The position numbers and the translations under genes are program-made. The notes under the pieces were generated by a model, which saw only the letters and a program-made list of their open reading frames with translations, did no database searches and had not been told where the DNA came from. This document shows, piece after piece, positions 13,254 through 27,097 of a stretch of DNA of 64,000 bases (positions are counted from its first letter, which is position 1; each line of letters opens with the position of its first letter). This DNA comes from Octopus sinensis (lineage: Eukaryota): the NCBI RefSeq assembly GCF_006345805.1, contig NC_043005.1:1550001-1614000 (forward strand), written 5' to 3'.

Positions 13254-15789
13254 ACGTGGTGGTGGAACAATATTGTTGACAGGACTATTAGATAAAAGAA
13301 ACAGGCTTGGAAGGACTGGAAGAACGGTGGTAGCAGGGAAGTGTATCAGACTGCCTGAAGGGAAGCTAGGAGGCAGGTGTATTTAGCCAGAGGGGAAGCA
13401 GATAAGAAAAAATTTGCCAATGTTCTGCGTTGTGAGGATGAAAGACTTGAGGTATTTCGTGTTGCAAGACAGTGTGTGAGAGAGAATCGTGATGTGGTAG
13501 GAGAGAAATGTGTTCACATGGATGATGGTTCACTTGCGCTAAGTGAGGATGCAAAGAGAGAGGTTTGGAAACGCCACTATGAAAGGTTGCTGAATAAAGA
13601 AAATGAATGGGATAAAGAGAGTCTGCCAAATGTTGACCCAACAGAGGGACCAGCTATCCGAGTTGACAGTTCCTTGGTAGTTAAGGCAATTAGAAGCATG
13701 AAGACAGGGAAAGTCCCAAGCCCATCAGGAATTACTGCAGAGATGCTCAAAATATCTGGTAGTGTTGGCTATAGCCTAGTCACCCGTATAGTTTACCAGG
13801 TGATACACGAAGGAGTCATTCCCAATGACTGGTGTAGCAGCATAATAGTCAACTGCTACAAAGGTAAAGGTGATGCCCTAGATACAAATAATTACAGAGG
13901 TATCAAGTCGTTGGATCAGGTAATGAAGGTCATGGACAGGGTCATAGCCCAACTAATTAGAGAGAGAGTTAGTTTAGATGAGATGCAGCTTGGGTTCGTG
14001 CCAGGCAAAAGTACTACTGATGCTATATTCTTGGTAAGACAGCTGCAGGAGAAATACCTAGCCAAAGATAAGCCCCTGTACCTGGCTTTTGTTGACATGG
14101 AGAAAGCCTTCGATACGGTCCCCCGATACCTTATCTGGTGGTCAATGAGGAAACTAGGGATAGATGAATGGTTAGTGAGAGCTATGCGAGCCATGTACAG
14201 GGATGCTGCTAGTAAGGTGAGGGTTGGCAATGAGTACAGTGAAGAATTCCGGGTAGAGGTTGGGGTCCACCAAGGTTCAGTCCTCAGCCCCTCCTATTTA
14301 TCATAGTCATCCAGGCAATAACGGAGGAATTCAAGACAGGATGTCCCTGGGAGCTCCTCTATGCTGATGACCTTGCTCTAATTGCTGAGTCACTATCAGA
14401 ACTGGAGGAGAAGTTTCAGGTGTGGAAGCAAGGATTAGAATTGAAGGGCCTTAGAGTCAACCTAGCTAAAACCAAAGTCCTAATAAGTAGGAAGGTAGAC
14501 AAATCACAAACGCCTTCAGGTAGATGGCCCTGCTCGATCTGTAGAAAAGGTGTAAGTAGAAACTCTATAAGATGCACCAAGTGTAAGCTATGGACACATA
14601 AGAGGTGCAGCAATATGAAAGGAAGGTTAACTAGGAAGATAGTTTTTGTATGTGGCAGATGCTCAGGAGCAATAAACACTGAAAATGTGCAGAGACCAAC
14701 TTCCACCACATTCCAGGGAGAAAAACTAGAAATAGTTGATAGCTTCTGTTACATAGGTGACCAAGTCAGTGGCAGGGGTGGGTGTGCTGAAAGTGTAACT
14801 GCTAGAGTAAGAATAGCCTGGGCAAAGTTCAGAGAGCTCTTACCCCTGCTGGTGACAAAAGGCCTCTCGCTCAGAGTAAAAGGCAGACTGTATGATGCAT
14901 GTGTACGAACAGCCATGCTACATGGTAGTGAAACATGGCCCGTGACTGCTGAGGATATGTGTAAGCTCGCAAGAAATGAAGCCAGTATGCTCCAATGGAT
15001 GTGTAATGTCAGTGTTCATACTCGACAGAGTGTAAGTACCTTGAGAGAAAAGCTGGACCTAAGAAGCATCAGTTGTGGTGTGCAAGAGAGACGTTTGCGC
15101 TAGTATGGTCATGTGATGAGAATGGCTGAAGATAGTTGTGTGAAAATGTGCCACACCCTAGCAGTTGAGGGAACCTGTGGAAGAGTAGACCCAGGAAAAC
15201 CTGGGACAAGGTGTTGAAGCACGACCTTCGAACTTTAGGTCTCACTGAGGAAATGACCAGAGACTGAAACCTTTGGAAGTATGCTGTGCATGGGAAGACC
15301 TGGCAGGACAAGTGAGACCATAACCCGTGGCCTCTACCTGGGACGTAGCCAGCCCACTTATGCATACCTTTCCTTCTTGGGACACAAAACTCTACTTGTG
15401 AAGACCTGTTGAAGCAAGTGAAAATCAGAATCAAAATCGAACTCAATCAACATCAATGGAAATTGTAGCTGTGATACCAGTACCGGTGGCACGTAAACGA
15501 ACCATCCGACGTGGCCGTTGCCAGCGCCACCCCGACGGGCCTCCGCGCCGGTGGCACGTAAAAAGCACCATCTGACCATGGCCGTTTGTCAGCCCCGTCT
15601 GGCATCTGTGCCGGTGGCACGTAAAAAGCACCCACTACACTCACGGAGTGGTTGGCATTAGGAAGAGCATCCAGCTGTAGAAACACTGCCAGACCAGACT
15701 GGGCCTGGTGCAGCCTTCTGGCTTCCCAGACCCCAGTTGAACCGTCCAATCCATGCTAGCATGGAAAGCGGACGCTAAATGATGATGAT
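13254..15789 (+). mobile_element. 5'-truncated RTE-clade LINE: frameshifted RT, PHD-like finger, 3' UTR and (GAT)n tail
   Basis: RT motifs NYRGIK, QLGFVPGKSTTDAIF, FVDMEKAFD, GVHQGSVLSP, LLYADD; C-terminal MLHGSETW and LRWYGHV-like motifs; stops and frameshifts present. Confidence 0.93.
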
Positions 15790-16062
15790 TTAATTGGGAT
15801 TTAATTTGGTTCCCTTAATGTAGTTTATTCAAACTAACTTCTCCTTCATTTCCCCCAATATAAATAAATACCAGTTATATACTGTTCCAATCACCAAATT
15901 CAATATTCAAATAAATGGGGTTTGCTTATTAAACCAGCCCCTCCCCGACCCCCAATGCTTATTCTTAAACTGGTTGTGAGGGGAACATCCTGATAGATGT
16001 CAGTTGTTGATTTGTAATTTAGTTGTGTTATTTGATACCCTGTCATTGATAGTTGCAGAAGC

Positions 16063-16285
16063 TAAGGCACCAAGCTGGCAGAACCATTAGTACACCAGGC
16101 AAATACACCGTAGCATTTTGTCTGTTTTTATGCTTTAAGTTCAAATGCTACCACAGTCAGCTTTGCTTTCCTTCCTTCTGGGGTAGATGAAATAAGTACA
16201 AGTTGGTCACAAGGCTTGACCTAATCAACATAATCAACTAGCTTCCTTCCAAAAAATTGCTGGCCCTGTGCTAAAATTTGAAACT
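16063..16285 (+). mobile_element. SINE family A copy
   Basis: aagctggcagaacc head through ggccctgtgctaaaatttgaaac. Confidence 0.65.
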
Positions 16286-18047
16286 AGTATTTACAGAAGC
16301 TCCATTTAATTGCTGAGGCTCTCAAGAAAATAAACATTAAACAGCCCCATTTCACATGCTCTGTGAATAATTTTAAGTTTCAATGCCTACCTAAAAAAAA
16401 ATCGTTAAGTCGAAGGTTTGTTGCCGTAAAGAATAATGGGCTTAGTGAAGAGCATTAGCTTTGAGGATGCTTTAGACATTAGCAAACAGCCATGATACAA
16501 GCTTCAAATAAGATGGGGCTTCAAACACCTTTCAAACATCCTCAGTCGAGAACTGCTACCCAGTGGAAGAAGAAAGAGTAACAGTTTGGGTCATATTCTA
16601 CAAGCAAGGAACTATTGGCTATCAGGCACAAAGACTAAGACACAAAGAGACTGATAAAATTATTCTTCAGATATTCGATCTTATGGGATTATATTAAACA
16701 TTTACAGAACCAATTTGGCCGACAGACAAGTTCTTCATCAATATCACTATGTTGTTTTATTCTGGAAATAATAAGGTTTTTGTTTGTTTGGTAATTCTAG
16801 CAAGAGATAAAGAACAGAGTGAAAGAGTAAAAGACTCGGCAACAGTTCTTTTAATCTCTCTGATAAAACTCTTTGATAATTGTTTTCAATTTCTATAAAA
16901 ACAAGATGTATGATCTCTATTTACCTCCCTACCAGCCTATCTATTTATCTTCTCCATCATTTACATCTACTTTCCAAACTGGTATGGGTTAGATGGAACC
17001 TCATGGTTCGATTTTGCTCTTATTTAGAATTATTGACCTCCCAGCTGGGTTCAGTGACCACCATTTCACTTGAACCTTATTAAGTTTGGCATGATTTCTA
17101 CAACTAGATGTTTTTTATTATGTTTGTTTTTATGTCTGTTTTTCCTTGCTGGCATGGGTTAGACAAATATATCATTGAGGAGCACAAATATAAACAAACA
17201 TAGTGATACAACATAAACACGTGTACACGTGGTGGACTTGTTTCAAATTGCTATACAATAACCGGACTGAACCTGAGACCCTCTTAACCTCTTAACCACC
17301 CAGCCATGCCTGCACAGGCAAAACTGACCACAGAGCAAAAGCAACTCTTTTGTTGTCACACAGGGCTAAAGGCATGATAACATCTACCCAGGCCTTACTG
17401 CAGAGTGGTTGGGGGTAGGAAAGGACTTTGTAAGCTGTAAAAAGGGTTAGACATTAAGAGAACTGAATCTTTAAATGCAAACCGATTTTAGAATAGAATA
17501 GAAGGAACCGTTTAGCCTTTCTAGGGTTGCTGATGGTTATATTTAAAACATGTCCAACGTATGTTGTGATAAAACAAGGGCTGGAAAAATCGACATGATG
17601 AACACAACAACAACAAAGACTGGCAACTTTGTAATTGTGAGGGAAATGATGAAGGACCATAACAAGTAAAAGGATGACCCCTGCAACATGTGTCAGCGGA
17701 GAAAGACAAATATAAAATAAAGATTATAGATATTCACAATGGACTTTTGGTGTTATTCTGTTTCATATATCTATAATACACACATAAATGTTCATATTTT
17801 GTCTCATTGTGTTAGAGTTTATCCTGGTTCCTGTGGAGTCTAAGCAACTGAAAGGAGAAAACTCCTCACTGATTACCAGTTTGTTGCCAGCTTCAAAGTT
17901 AGCTACCATCATTACTACTGCCGAATGGTCTGGAGCCTCATGAAATGAAGGGACTTGTGTTTGGACAAGGCAAGATCTGGTTTAAGAACTGAACCCACAA
18001 TCTTAATGTTGCTGGCCCAACATCGTAAGCACTAGGCTATGTGCCTA

Positions 18048-18079
<32 letters not shown>

Positions 18080-18347
18080 TTAATATTTCTAAGTCTCTCT
18101 AAAGGAGACTACGGCAGTGGTTCTGGATATTGATAGTTATTGCAAGCTAATATGGGAGTCCAGAAAAATAGGATGAATGCTGCCATTGATTAGCTCCAAG
18201 CAGCCATCACCTCTAGCTTGCTATGTGAAACATGAACCTGTGTCCATTATAACCTTCGAACAGAGGATGTCAGCCACTTCCCCTTGCTGGTCTGACATCT
18301 ACAGACTAGTTTCAGGGTATTTGCCCCTTATTAAATCTACCAACAGA

Positions 18348-20323
18348 TCTAGGGAGTGGTCATGGGAACGCGAATGGGCCCCAATTATGCGAACCTGTTC
18401 ATTGGCTATGTTGAGGCCCAAATATTCTCTAGTTTCACTGGTCTCACTCCCGAACTATACGGTCGTTATATTGACGACTGTATCGGTGCCACCTCACTCT
18501 CCCACAAACATCTAGACTCCTTCCTCTCTTTCGTTAAATCCTTCCATCCTGCCCTCCACTATCTCCAACACCTCTGTCTCCTTTCTTGACATTTCAATCA
18601 GCATTCACCACTCCACTCTTACCACCTCCATTTACTACAAACACACAGACTCACACTCATACCTAAACTTCTCTTCCTCCCACCCCAAACACACCAAGCT
18701 TTCCATTCCCTATTCCCAATTCCTCCGTCTACGTAGGCTCTGTAGTGACGACCATGACTTTGAGACTCAGTCTCAACTCATGGCTCGCCACTTCATCCTA
18801 CATGGATATCCCCTCACCACTATCCACACTGCCCTTGCCAGAGCACGTTCCGTAGACTGTGCATCTGCTCTCTCCCCCCGAACCCGCCCTGTAGTCTCCC
18901 GCCTCCCTTTTCCCCTCACTTACCACCCCACCACCCTACCTCTCCAACGCACCATTCTTCGAGCTTTCCAGTATCTCCAGTTCGACCCGTCCACTTCACA
19001 CCTCTTCCCTAACCGACCCCTCCCCTCCTTCAAATGAGCCCATAACCTAGGAGACCTCTTGGTCCACAGCTTCTTCCCCAACCCTACCTCTCAACCTGGC
19101 TCGTTCCCCTGCTCCCGCCCACGCTGCCGCACTTGCCCTTACCTCTCCAACACCACCCTCCTCACCGGCACCCATCATCGACCCTATCGCATCATCAACT
19201 CCTTCACCTGCACCTCCAGCAATATCATCTATTGCATCCTTTGCTCTCTCTGCCATTCCCTGTACATCGGACAAACAGGATGCCACTTGGCTGACCGGTT
19301 CGTGGAACACCTCCGAGACATCCGCCTCGCCAATCACACTCCAGTCTCACGCCATTTCCAGACACCGGTCACTACTTGCAACACCTGTCTGTGTTCGGAT
19401 TGTCATTGCACAGAGGCCATCCAGATTCCCGCTTGCGCCATGAACAGGGATTAATCTTCTCTCTTCACTCTTTTATGCCATTTGGGCTCAACTCTCCCTC
19501 CCTTTTCATCAAACCTCCTCATCGACTCCTACTTCTCTTCACTCCTACATCTTTTCACCCCTACTCTCTTTCCCTCTTCTTCCCTTCTTCTCCCTCTTCT
19601 TCCCTCTACTCGCTTTCCTTCCTCTCCCTTCTTTCTGCTCCCTCACTCCTTCTCTTCCTCCTTCCTCCTCCCCCTCTCCCTACTTCCACCCACCCCTACT
19701 CCACCTTCCCCCACTCTACCCCTATCCCACACCTCTCCCCACATACCTCACCCATATCCCATACCCCTCCCCAACATACCTCACCTCTAACCCCACTCTC
19801 TACCTACCCACAACCCCCACTCTACCCCAACCCTCAGCCAAACCCACACCCCACCCGTGCTTTCCCCACCTCCCCACAACATCACACCACACTACACTAC
19901 ACCATACAGCATTACACATCACAACACACCACCTACACACCCATCCCCACATCTTTACACTTACACATACATACACACACACATCCAGACCACCAGCCCT
20001 CTTTCACACGCACATACATACTCTCTTAAACACACACGCACCTTTGTGTTGGGGGCACCTTCGTATTGGAAGTCACTGGATCCTGTTATCTCCCCTACTG
20101 TCCCTCTCGCGTCTGACCACTGTCCGAAGTCAGGACGCCATGATAGATCGTTAGCTCCTACACGCATTTTTTTTCTCTCCTTGTTTTTTTCTGTGTATCT
20201 TTCTGTAGAAGAGCGTGGGCTCGAAACGTAAAAGACTTTTTCTATTCCTGAGCGCTATACTAATACATTTGTTTGTTTGTACTCCACCTACCTTCATCTT
20301 TTGTTTATTTTCGTAAACTTTCC

Positions 20324-20327
<4 letters not shown>
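18348..20327 (+). mobile_element. 5'-truncated Penelope-like element (Neptune-type): RT, Cys linker, GIY-YIG endonuclease, long 3' region
   Basis: MGTRMGPNYANLF and RYIDD RT motifs; CSRPRCRTC linker; NIIYCILCSLCHSLYIGQTG GIY-YIG; ends in (TA)n; stops and frameshifts present. Confidence 0.9.
20198..20235 (+). ncRNA. Minimal type I hammerhead-like motif with variant core
   Basis: tcttt-CTGTAGA-a-gagc(gtgg)gctc-GAAACGTA-aaaga; the core has U where A is conserved. Confidence 0.55.
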
Positions 20328-20359
<32 letters not shown>

Positions 20360-20365
20360 TTATAT

Positions 20366-22068
20366 AACTGCAGGAGAAATACCTAGCCAAAGATTAACCC
20401 CTATACTTAGCTTTTGTGGACTTGGAGAAAGCTTTTGACAGGGTCCCCCGATCCCTTATGTGGTGGGCGATGCAGAAACTGGAGATTGACGAATGGTTAA
20501 TAAGGGCTGTACAAGCCCTCTACACAGAGGCTAGTAGTAAGATTAGGATTAGCAATGAGTACAGTGAAGAATTCAGGGTAGAAGTTGGTGTCCACCAAGG
20601 CTCAGCCCTCAGCCCCCTCCAGGCAATAACAGAGGAATTTAAGATGGGTTGTCCCTGGGAGTTCCTCTATGCTGATGACCTAGCCCTCATAGCAGAATCA
20701 CTACTGGAACTAGAGAAGAAATTTCAGGTGTGGAAGCAAGGTTTAGAATCAAAAGGCCTAAGAGTCAATGTAGCAAAGACCAAAGTTCTAGTAAGTAGGA
20801 AGGCAAACTCACCACACACCCCTTCAGGTAGGTAGCCCTGCTCGATCTGTAGAAAAGGTGTAGGTAGAAACTCCATAAGATGTACCCAGTGTAAGCTATG
20901 GGCACATAAGAGGTGCAGCAATATCAAAGGAAAATTAACTGAGAAGATATCTTTCGTGTGCAGCAGATGCACAGGTGCAATAGACACCATTGATACTCAG
21001 AGAACAGATTCCATTTCACTCCTTGGGGAGAAACTAGAAGTAGTTGATAGTTTCTACTACCTGGGTGCCCAAGTTAGTAGTGGAGGTGGATGCTCAGAGA
21101 GCGTTACCACTAGAATAAGAATAGCTTGGACAAAGTTTAGGAAGCTTCTTCCCCTACTGGCAACAAAGGGTCCCTCGCTCAGAGTGAAAGGTAGATTGTA
21201 TGATGCATGTGTGCGAACTGCCATGCTTCATGGCAGTGAAACATGGGCTGTGACTGCGGAGGACATGCCTAGGCTTGAAAGAAATGAAGCTAGCATGATC
21301 CGCTGGATGTGTAATGTCAGTGTCCATGACAGAGTGTAAGCGTCCTGAGAGAAATGTTGGGCATAAGAAGCATTGGATGCAGTGTGCAAGAGAGACGATT
21401 GCATGGGTACAGTCATGTATTAAGGATGGACGAGGAGAGATGTGTGAAGAAGTGCCACTCCCAAACTGTTGAAGGGATCTGGGGTAGAGGTAGACTCAGG
21501 AAGACATGGAACGAGGTGGTCAAGCATGACCTTCGTATTTTGAGCCTCACAGAGGCAATGACGAAAGACCGAGACCTCTGGAGATATGCTGTGACTTTGA
21601 AGACCCGACAAATGAAGTGAATTCATGGCTCGCAGGACGGCCTGCTGTGCTAACCTTGGATTGTAGAGTGACCTGCTGTTCTTGAGGAGACCTGTTGAGT
21701 CAAGTACGCCAACGTCAACATCCAAATAGAAATTGCAGTTAAGATACCTGTGCCGGTGACACATAAAAAGCACCGTCTGAATGTAGCAGATACTAGTGTT
21801 GCCTGACTGGTGTCCGTGTCAGTGACACGTAAAATCACCAACCGATCGTGGCCATTTGCCAGCCTGCCCTGGCTCCTGTGCCAGTGGCACGTAAAAAACA
21901 CCCACTACACTCACGGAGTGGTTGGTGTTAGTAAGGGCATCCAGCTGTAGAAACCCTGCCAAATCAGACTAGAGCCTGGTGCAGCCTCCATGGCTTACCA
22001 GACCCCGGTCGAACCGTCCAACCCATGCTAGCATGGAAGACGGACGTTAAATGATGATGATGATGATG
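20366..22068 (+). mobile_element. 5'-truncated RTE LINE, related to 13254 family but more diverged
   Basis: DLEKAFDRVP, GVHQGS, YADD, PHD-like Cys motif, 3' UTR repeats, (GAT)n tail. Confidence 0.92.
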
Positions 22069-22899
22069 TATATATATATCTACACACACACATATGCATA
22101 TATGGCTACAGGATGTCACCAACAGTAAGCAACATAAAATACGAAAACAAATGAGTTTAATACGCAAACAACGAGAGAAACAAATGGAAAAGAGGACAAG
22201 TAACATAAAGAACGACCCTTCATCAGTTGTCAGCTGTCTATCTATTCCTCATTTCGAGCATTGGACGACAATAGGAGTCTTTGAAGACAGTTGCTCCCAT
22301 AAGTACCAAAATAAAATATGGGATCTATGACAGGTCAAAGTTCCCAACTGTGACCCTCCATAAATCCCAAATTATGCATGCATACACACACACACACACA
22401 CGCATATATATCTGGTTGAGTGCAAGTTCCCCGTGTCAGCTTGCAGTGTCTGCCTTTTTCTGCTCTCAGCTGAGACCGGGACTCAGTCTGTTTACATCTC
22501 TCTGTCTACACCTGGAAATTTTCTCCATCACAAAACACAGTGAATAGCCTTTTTTTACTGGTAGCAAGTTTGTATCATCACACACACACACACACTCATA
22601 TGGACTCTCCAAAATATGATTCCTATTGTTTGCCAATGTAAAATGGTAAAATGATTCTCTCTACTTTAGGCAGAAGGCCTGAAATGCTTGGGAGGGCAAA
22701 ATCAATCCGAATGGCATTTGAACTCAGAACATAAAGAACCAGATGCCACTAAGCACTTTGTTTTGCCCCTTAAAGCGATCCTGTCAGGTCACCACCTTCG
22801 GATCAAAGAAGAATATTGTGAACATCATGCAGGAGACAAGTGCTTTCTATTTGAATTCAATTTCAATCAAATGCAATGGAACATTTAGTATTGTTGTTG

Positions 22900-23210
22900 T
22901 TGAGTGAGAAAAGAGCAGGTCATCAAAGTGAGGCTGGGGTACAAATACACAAAGCCCTCTATAACCCATCATGATTACCTGTCTGATAAGGGAACACAGG
23001 GCACAGGCATCACAGCCATATGTGCACAATATGGAAACCTCATATCAATATAGACAGCACATGACATTGCAGGTGGGGCCTTGTTAGAATATTCTTCAGG
23101 TCAAGTAATCCATTCCACTCAAAAGCTCACTGAATAAGAGTTGTTTAAGGATGATGAACAAAACACCAGGTTAGGGTAGGGGGAATTATTCAAACTCCAA
23201 AAACTTCCTC
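22900..23210. repeat. Dispersed repeat, homologous to 47783-48335
   Basis: Shared cccatcatga..gtctgataaggg..gcaggtgggg..ttagaa blocks. Confidence 0.65.
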
Positions 23211-23409
23211 TGGAACTAATAAAATCCCAGTCACATGCAAAGGTCAAGTTGATGCATTCTGTGCAGAAATTAGCTCAGGAATCTATTAAAGGAACAGAGT
23301 TTGTAAGCCCTGTGAAGGACTAACCAGTAATATATTTGGGTCCGTTTCAACTGACTGCTATTCTCTTCTTGACCCAGTTACAAGAAACCCCAACTAACAG
23401 ATATTCATC

Positions 23410-24040
23410 ATTACAGGTCGAGTTTGCCATTTGGGGATCAATAAAATAAAGTGCCCAATCAGGTATTGGAGTCAATACAGTCAACATAATTCTTCCCATC
23501 AAAACTGGTGACCTCATTAAGTACTAAGCCTCTCCTGCAAAATGGCAAGCCTGGTTCCAATATTTGAAACCATTATTATTGTTATTATTAAGGTGGTGAG
23601 CGGGCAGAATCGTTAGCACGCCTGGCGACATGCTTAGCGGTATTTTGCCTGTCACTACATTCTGAGTTCAAATTCCACCAAAGTCGACTTTACCTTTCGA
23701 CTTTTAGGGGTCGATTAAATAAGTACCAGTTATGCACTGGGGTCGATGTAATCGACTTAATACCCTCCTCCAAGCTGCCCTTGTGTTAAAAATTTGAAAT
23801 CATTATCATGTGGTGAGCTGACAGAATCGTTAGCATGCTGGGCAAAATGTTTGGCAGTACTTTGTCTGCCGCTATGTTCCGAGGTCAACTTTGCTTTTCA
23901 TGTGTTCAGGGTTGATAAAATAAGTACCTGTTCCTGGGGTCGATGTAATCAACCGGTCCCCTCACCCAAAATTTCAAGCCTTGTGCCTATAGTCGAAAGA
24001 ATTCCTAGTATTATTAGTAAGGTGACGAGTTGGCAGAATT
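23410..24040 (+). mobile_element. Head-to-tail cluster of 3-4 SINE family A copies joined by TTA tails
   Basis: Repeated ggtgagc..gcagaatcgttagc heads at ~23590, 23810 and 24020; 23590-23800 is the best-preserved copy. Confidence 0.8.
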
Positions 24041-26789
24041 ACCATTTTATTTCTTGAAATCTTCAGTTTGTTCAACATTTTAACCAAAGTAAAAAGATGA
24101 CTCATCTACGTACTTTGATCTTAACACGGTTGAGGGGCCCACTGCAACTGCACGGGTTGCAGGAGCTTAGTGGTCCCCCCCCCACTCCGGACCCCACAAA
24201 TTGACACATATTGCCTACAGTAATAGTCTACAACCGGATGAAAAGTGTCGCCCGGGGTGGACCGCCACCGCCCGCTACGCTCGTGTTATCCCCAAGAACA
24301 GAGATTGAGGTGAGAGGCTGGCAGAGTTCGCAATGCCTTTCATTTGGCACCTTATATTTCTGAGTTGAAATCTCCCAAATACTTTGGCTTCTCGTAAGAC
24401 TGACAATAAAAGACGGAAAACGAAGTTGTGGAGGAGCGCGCGAGAGCCATAAAAGAGGGACGGGAAAGGGCACCGTGCCTCACCTTTTACACACCCACAT
24501 ACATATATGTAGTGTGAGTGGAGAGAAATAATAAACTATTGTGAGAGAATAGGGGAGAGGGAGAGATGCCCTTGTCACTCCTAAACATATTCCCCCTCCT
24601 GCAACATATCATGGCGGCGGCAGTGAATTAACAACAACAACAGTCAGGGAGAGAATGGAGAGAGAAAGAAGCGACGAGGAATGCGGTGGAGGTAATTACT
24701 GCAAACATCCACCGCCGCAGCCAGTCATCAGCAACAGGTTGTGTTTGTGGACTGATGAGGGAATCGGGTATGCAAATAGGAAAGTGCGAATAAATCAAAG
24801 TTGACACACACACACACCATACATGGTGTATGCTGTGTGTGTATCATATCATAGATACGTGGACCAAAAACTTGCATACATATCTTCCCATTCAGGCGCG
24901 CATTTGAATAAAAACTTTCACACACACACACACACACGTGTAAAGAAACGGCCAGAAAATATAAATTTAATCAATTATGCACTTTAATTATTCTATATGT
25001 AAATGGTTTTACAGCCTACATTTTTTAAGAAAGCAACTTTAAATTGCAACAAGTTACATATATATATATATATATAATTCTTTAAATTATATATATAATT
25101 TAAAGTTACATTTATATATAATTGTTTAAATGAAAACAAGCTTTTGTATTTGTGTGTCGATGTTTACACTTTCTCCTCGAATGATCCACACAGCAACAGG
25201 TGCTCTCTTCGCACATCTCTTTCTATGCTTCCCTCCAATTAATGCAAATATCTAGGAGCAACGGTGTGTAAATGTTCCGTTTTTTTTTTTTACATTAAAG
25301 CACTGTAAAGGGCACCTTGCTGCTTTTCTCACGGGGTCGATAGTATTCGGGGTGTGTGTGGCTCGATAACAACAGTTTAATGTATATATATATTATTCAT
25401 TATTGAATGACTTCAGTTTCATATTGATATTCTCAAAAGACAATAGAGGAGTTTAAACCAAAATACTGTTTTCGTTATAGACCCCGGTGAAAGAGTCCAG
25501 TTATAGGAGAAACAATAGACACCGGAAACTCTATACGTCCAAAATGTTGATATTTAATGTTTCTTTAAAATCTGACAGACAAGACCAAGGTAAATGTTAG
25601 AGAATAGAAGAACAAAATGAAAAACAAGCAGAGAGTTCTCTCTATCAAATTTTTGGAAGAAGGTTTCAATTTGTTTTTACCTTGTCTAAATATTAACAGA
25701 TAACAACAGCTACATCGACTGCAATAATAATAATAATAATAATAGTGTTGATGGTGATGATGATAAAGATAATGAAATATTGAAGGCATGAAGTATTTCA
25801 TGCAAGCAGTCTTGTCCTAGGGACAAGGCTTTACCTCAAGTAACAAGATTCCGGGACATATTATTCAGATTATTTTGGCGAGTATTACTATTAAGAGATC
25901 AATATTATTGATATTATTATTAACACCATTATTACTATTATTATAGTTTCCTCTCCACCGGGATCGATAAAATAAGTACAAGTCACATACTGGGTCAATG
26001 AAATCGATCACACTCCTTTATAAATCGGTGACCTTGTGCCCATCATCATCAACCATATGAGCCGTGGGGGTGGAGAATCCCTGATCCCTGAGCAAAAGGA
26101 ATGAACATCACAGATTCCCATATTCCCGTTTTTTTTTTTAAATGTCTCCGCGTGATTAAGTAAATAGTAGCAGTGAATTATTGCCACTAATTACTATAAA
26201 TTAACTAAATAGAATAGACAACAAATAATAATAGCAAGTCTTTATAATCCCTCACCTTGTGGAAGTAATGCGTGCAGAGAAAGTTTCGACTTCCACAGGG
26301 GTTTTCGGTTAAACACACATGCATACATGATATAAGGATATGTGTGTGAGTGTATATATATATATATATACACACGCACAAATAGAGACGAATGTAGCTG
26401 ATAATTAAGGCATAGTATATAATAATGATAATAATAATAATAATACAGCAGATTCACGGCAACACAGTCATAATTAAAGATAAGAAAAAAATGAGAGAGA
26501 AACTTTTCATCAAGTTTGTCAAGAGAAAAATCTGTGCAAAGGACATTTGAAAAATGTTTCATACTTACCCTAATTTGTTTTAATAAAGTACCAACAACTA
26601 CCAGGGTGGGAACTAAATAATATCAGAGGCGAGCGACGACCACCACCACTCTCTCACTCTCTCTCTCTTTCAGCTTTTCCCCTCTCTCTAACCCTCTTTC
26701 TTTACGTTCTCTTCCTCTCTTTCTGTCTCTCTCTCGTTTTCTTTTTTTTTTTTATCTTCTATAAATGTCTGCTTTCAGTCTACCCTTTT

Positions 26790-26980
26790 AGTGTGCGCGT
26801 GTATATGTATGTATGTATGTTTGTATGTATGTATGTGTATGTGTGCGCATGTATATGTATGTATGTGTATGTGTATGTATGTATGTATGTGTGTGTGTGT
26901 ATGTATGTGTATGTATGTATGTGTGTGTATGTATGTGTGTGTGTATGTATGTGTGTGTGTATGTATGTGTGTATGTGTGT
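26790..26980. repeat. (GTAT/GT)n compound microsatellite
   Basis: Direct reading. Confidence 0.9.
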
Positions 26981-27097
26981 ATAATCAATAGCAGCACTCA
27001 CTCCACGCCGTGTATATAGGTTGTTTTCGTGTGTTTATAGCTTTTAAGGGTAAACCAGACATATTGTGTGTGTGTGTGTGTCTGTCTGTCTGTCCTG

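Noticed and set aside
15606-15700. Pistol or twister ribozyme in the RTE 3' UTR
   Set aside because: Hairpin plus UAAA resembles pistol P1 superficially, but the other stems and catalytic residues could not be placed
22200-22260. Minus-strand CTGATGA hammerhead candidate
   Set aside because: No GAAA follows a stem II; could not build a convincing fold
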